Below are positions 63,301 to 64,000 of a stretch of 64,000 bases of DNA, in pieces. Position numbers and translations under genes: made by a program. The notes under the pieces were generated by a model. That model was given only the letters and a program-made list of their open reading frames with translations, searched no databases and was not told the DNA's origin. Origin of the DNA: Prorocentrum cordatum (lineage: Eukaryota); NCBI GenBank assembly GCA_963575745.1, contig CAUYUJ010000001.1, forward strand, positions 2,852,001-2,916,000, given 5' to 3'. Within the stretch, counting starts at the first letter, position 1. Each line of letters opens with the position of its first letter.

Positions 63301-63999
63301 CTAATTCGATGGCCCAATCCTCGGATTCCGCAACATCTGAAGACTGACCGGGGCGCATCTGATCGGGGACCCAATGGACGGCCGACGCTTGCTGGGGAAG
63401 CTTTGGCTGCTGGCCGCTGCGGTTGTCTCGGTGGCGGTGGATCTGACAGATGCCGCATCGTCAGCGGGACTGCGCACTGCCTCGATAAGAATGTCCGAGC
63501 TCTCGCGCAGGTGCCAGAGCTCATTGGACAAGACCCCCTCCAGGGTGAAGACCTTCAGCGCGTCGATGCAGACGGTCACCGTGCTCCCCACCGTCTGCTG
63601 CGTGACGCCCATCGGGCAGAGCCTCTGGACTGCCTGGCGCACCACTGCCAAGACGAGCGGCGCCTCCATGGCCCGGCGCGCAGCCCCGCCCTTCACAGCA
63701 GGGCGGGGGCGTAGCAGACCAGGAGGGCCGGCCCCGCGGGGCTTCTCCCTGACCCAGGCGGGCGCGCCCTCGAACTGCTGGCGGAGCCCTGTCAGCGCCG
63801 GCCCCCCCGCGGGGATGTCGCGCTCCTCGGGGTCCGTGGCCTGCAGCGCGGACAGGCAGTCGGCCTCGAGGCACTGGGTCATGAGGGCCAGGCGCAACGC
63901 CGCCAGGTCGCACCCTGTCGCGACGCTGTGCGTCTGGAGGCCAGACGCCGACCAGCGGTTCTGCAAGTATTCCTCAACGACTTTCGCCTCGGACTTTGC
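63301..63999 (-). CDS. C-terminal part or exon of an unidentified protein; open to the right window edge
   Basis: The frame is open from 63999 (AKSEAKVVEEYLQNRW...) to the stop at 63301. It is non-repetitive with GC-rich third positions (LRLALMTQCLEADCLSALQ...VTVCIDALKVFTLEGVLSNELWHLRE). No family recognised. Confidence 0.45.
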   Translation of the reverse strand, partial: AKSEAKVVEEYLQNRWSASGLQTHSVATGCDLAALRLALMTQCLEADCLSALQATDPEERDIPAGGPALTGLRQQFEGAPAWVREKPRGAGPPGLLRPRPAVKGGAARRAMEAPLVLAVVRQAVQRLCPMGVTQQTVGSTVTVCIDALKVFTLEGVLSNELWHLRESSDILIEAVRSPADDAASVRSTATETTAAASSQSFPSKRRPSIGSPIRCAPVSLQMLRNPRIGPSN

Positions 64000-64000
64000 G

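Overview
Repeat-dominated, GC-rich eukaryotic genomic DNA, most likely a dinoflagellate. That assignment is inferred from the style of the retroelement proteins and repeats and is not proven. I found no rRNA, tRNA or CRISPR array. Almost all ORFs in the supplied track are artefacts of microsatellites and minisatellites. Supportable coding content: (1) an open Gag-like ORF of an LTR (Ty1/copia-like) retrotransposon running off the left edge, with a PBS/LTR junction; (2) a decayed tyrosine-recombinase (DIRS-type) retrotransposon at ~19.4-24.1 kb with ORF1, RT, RNase H, YR and a C-terminal C5-cytosine-methyltransferase-like remnant, sitting inside a (GAT)n tract; (3) two weak LINE-like remnants; (4) an unidentified open ORF running off the right edge. 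The non-coding structure is highly organised. A family of non-autonomous elements shares asymmetric terminal inverted repeats plus a terminal GNA-type mini-hairpin. Three different TIR elements, each filled with its own satellite or foldback, are inserted one after another into a single (TAG)n tract. There are also nested palindromes, a ~1-2 kb tandem macro-repeat array, a 79-bp satellite with a divergence gradient, and a canonical Helitron 3' end.
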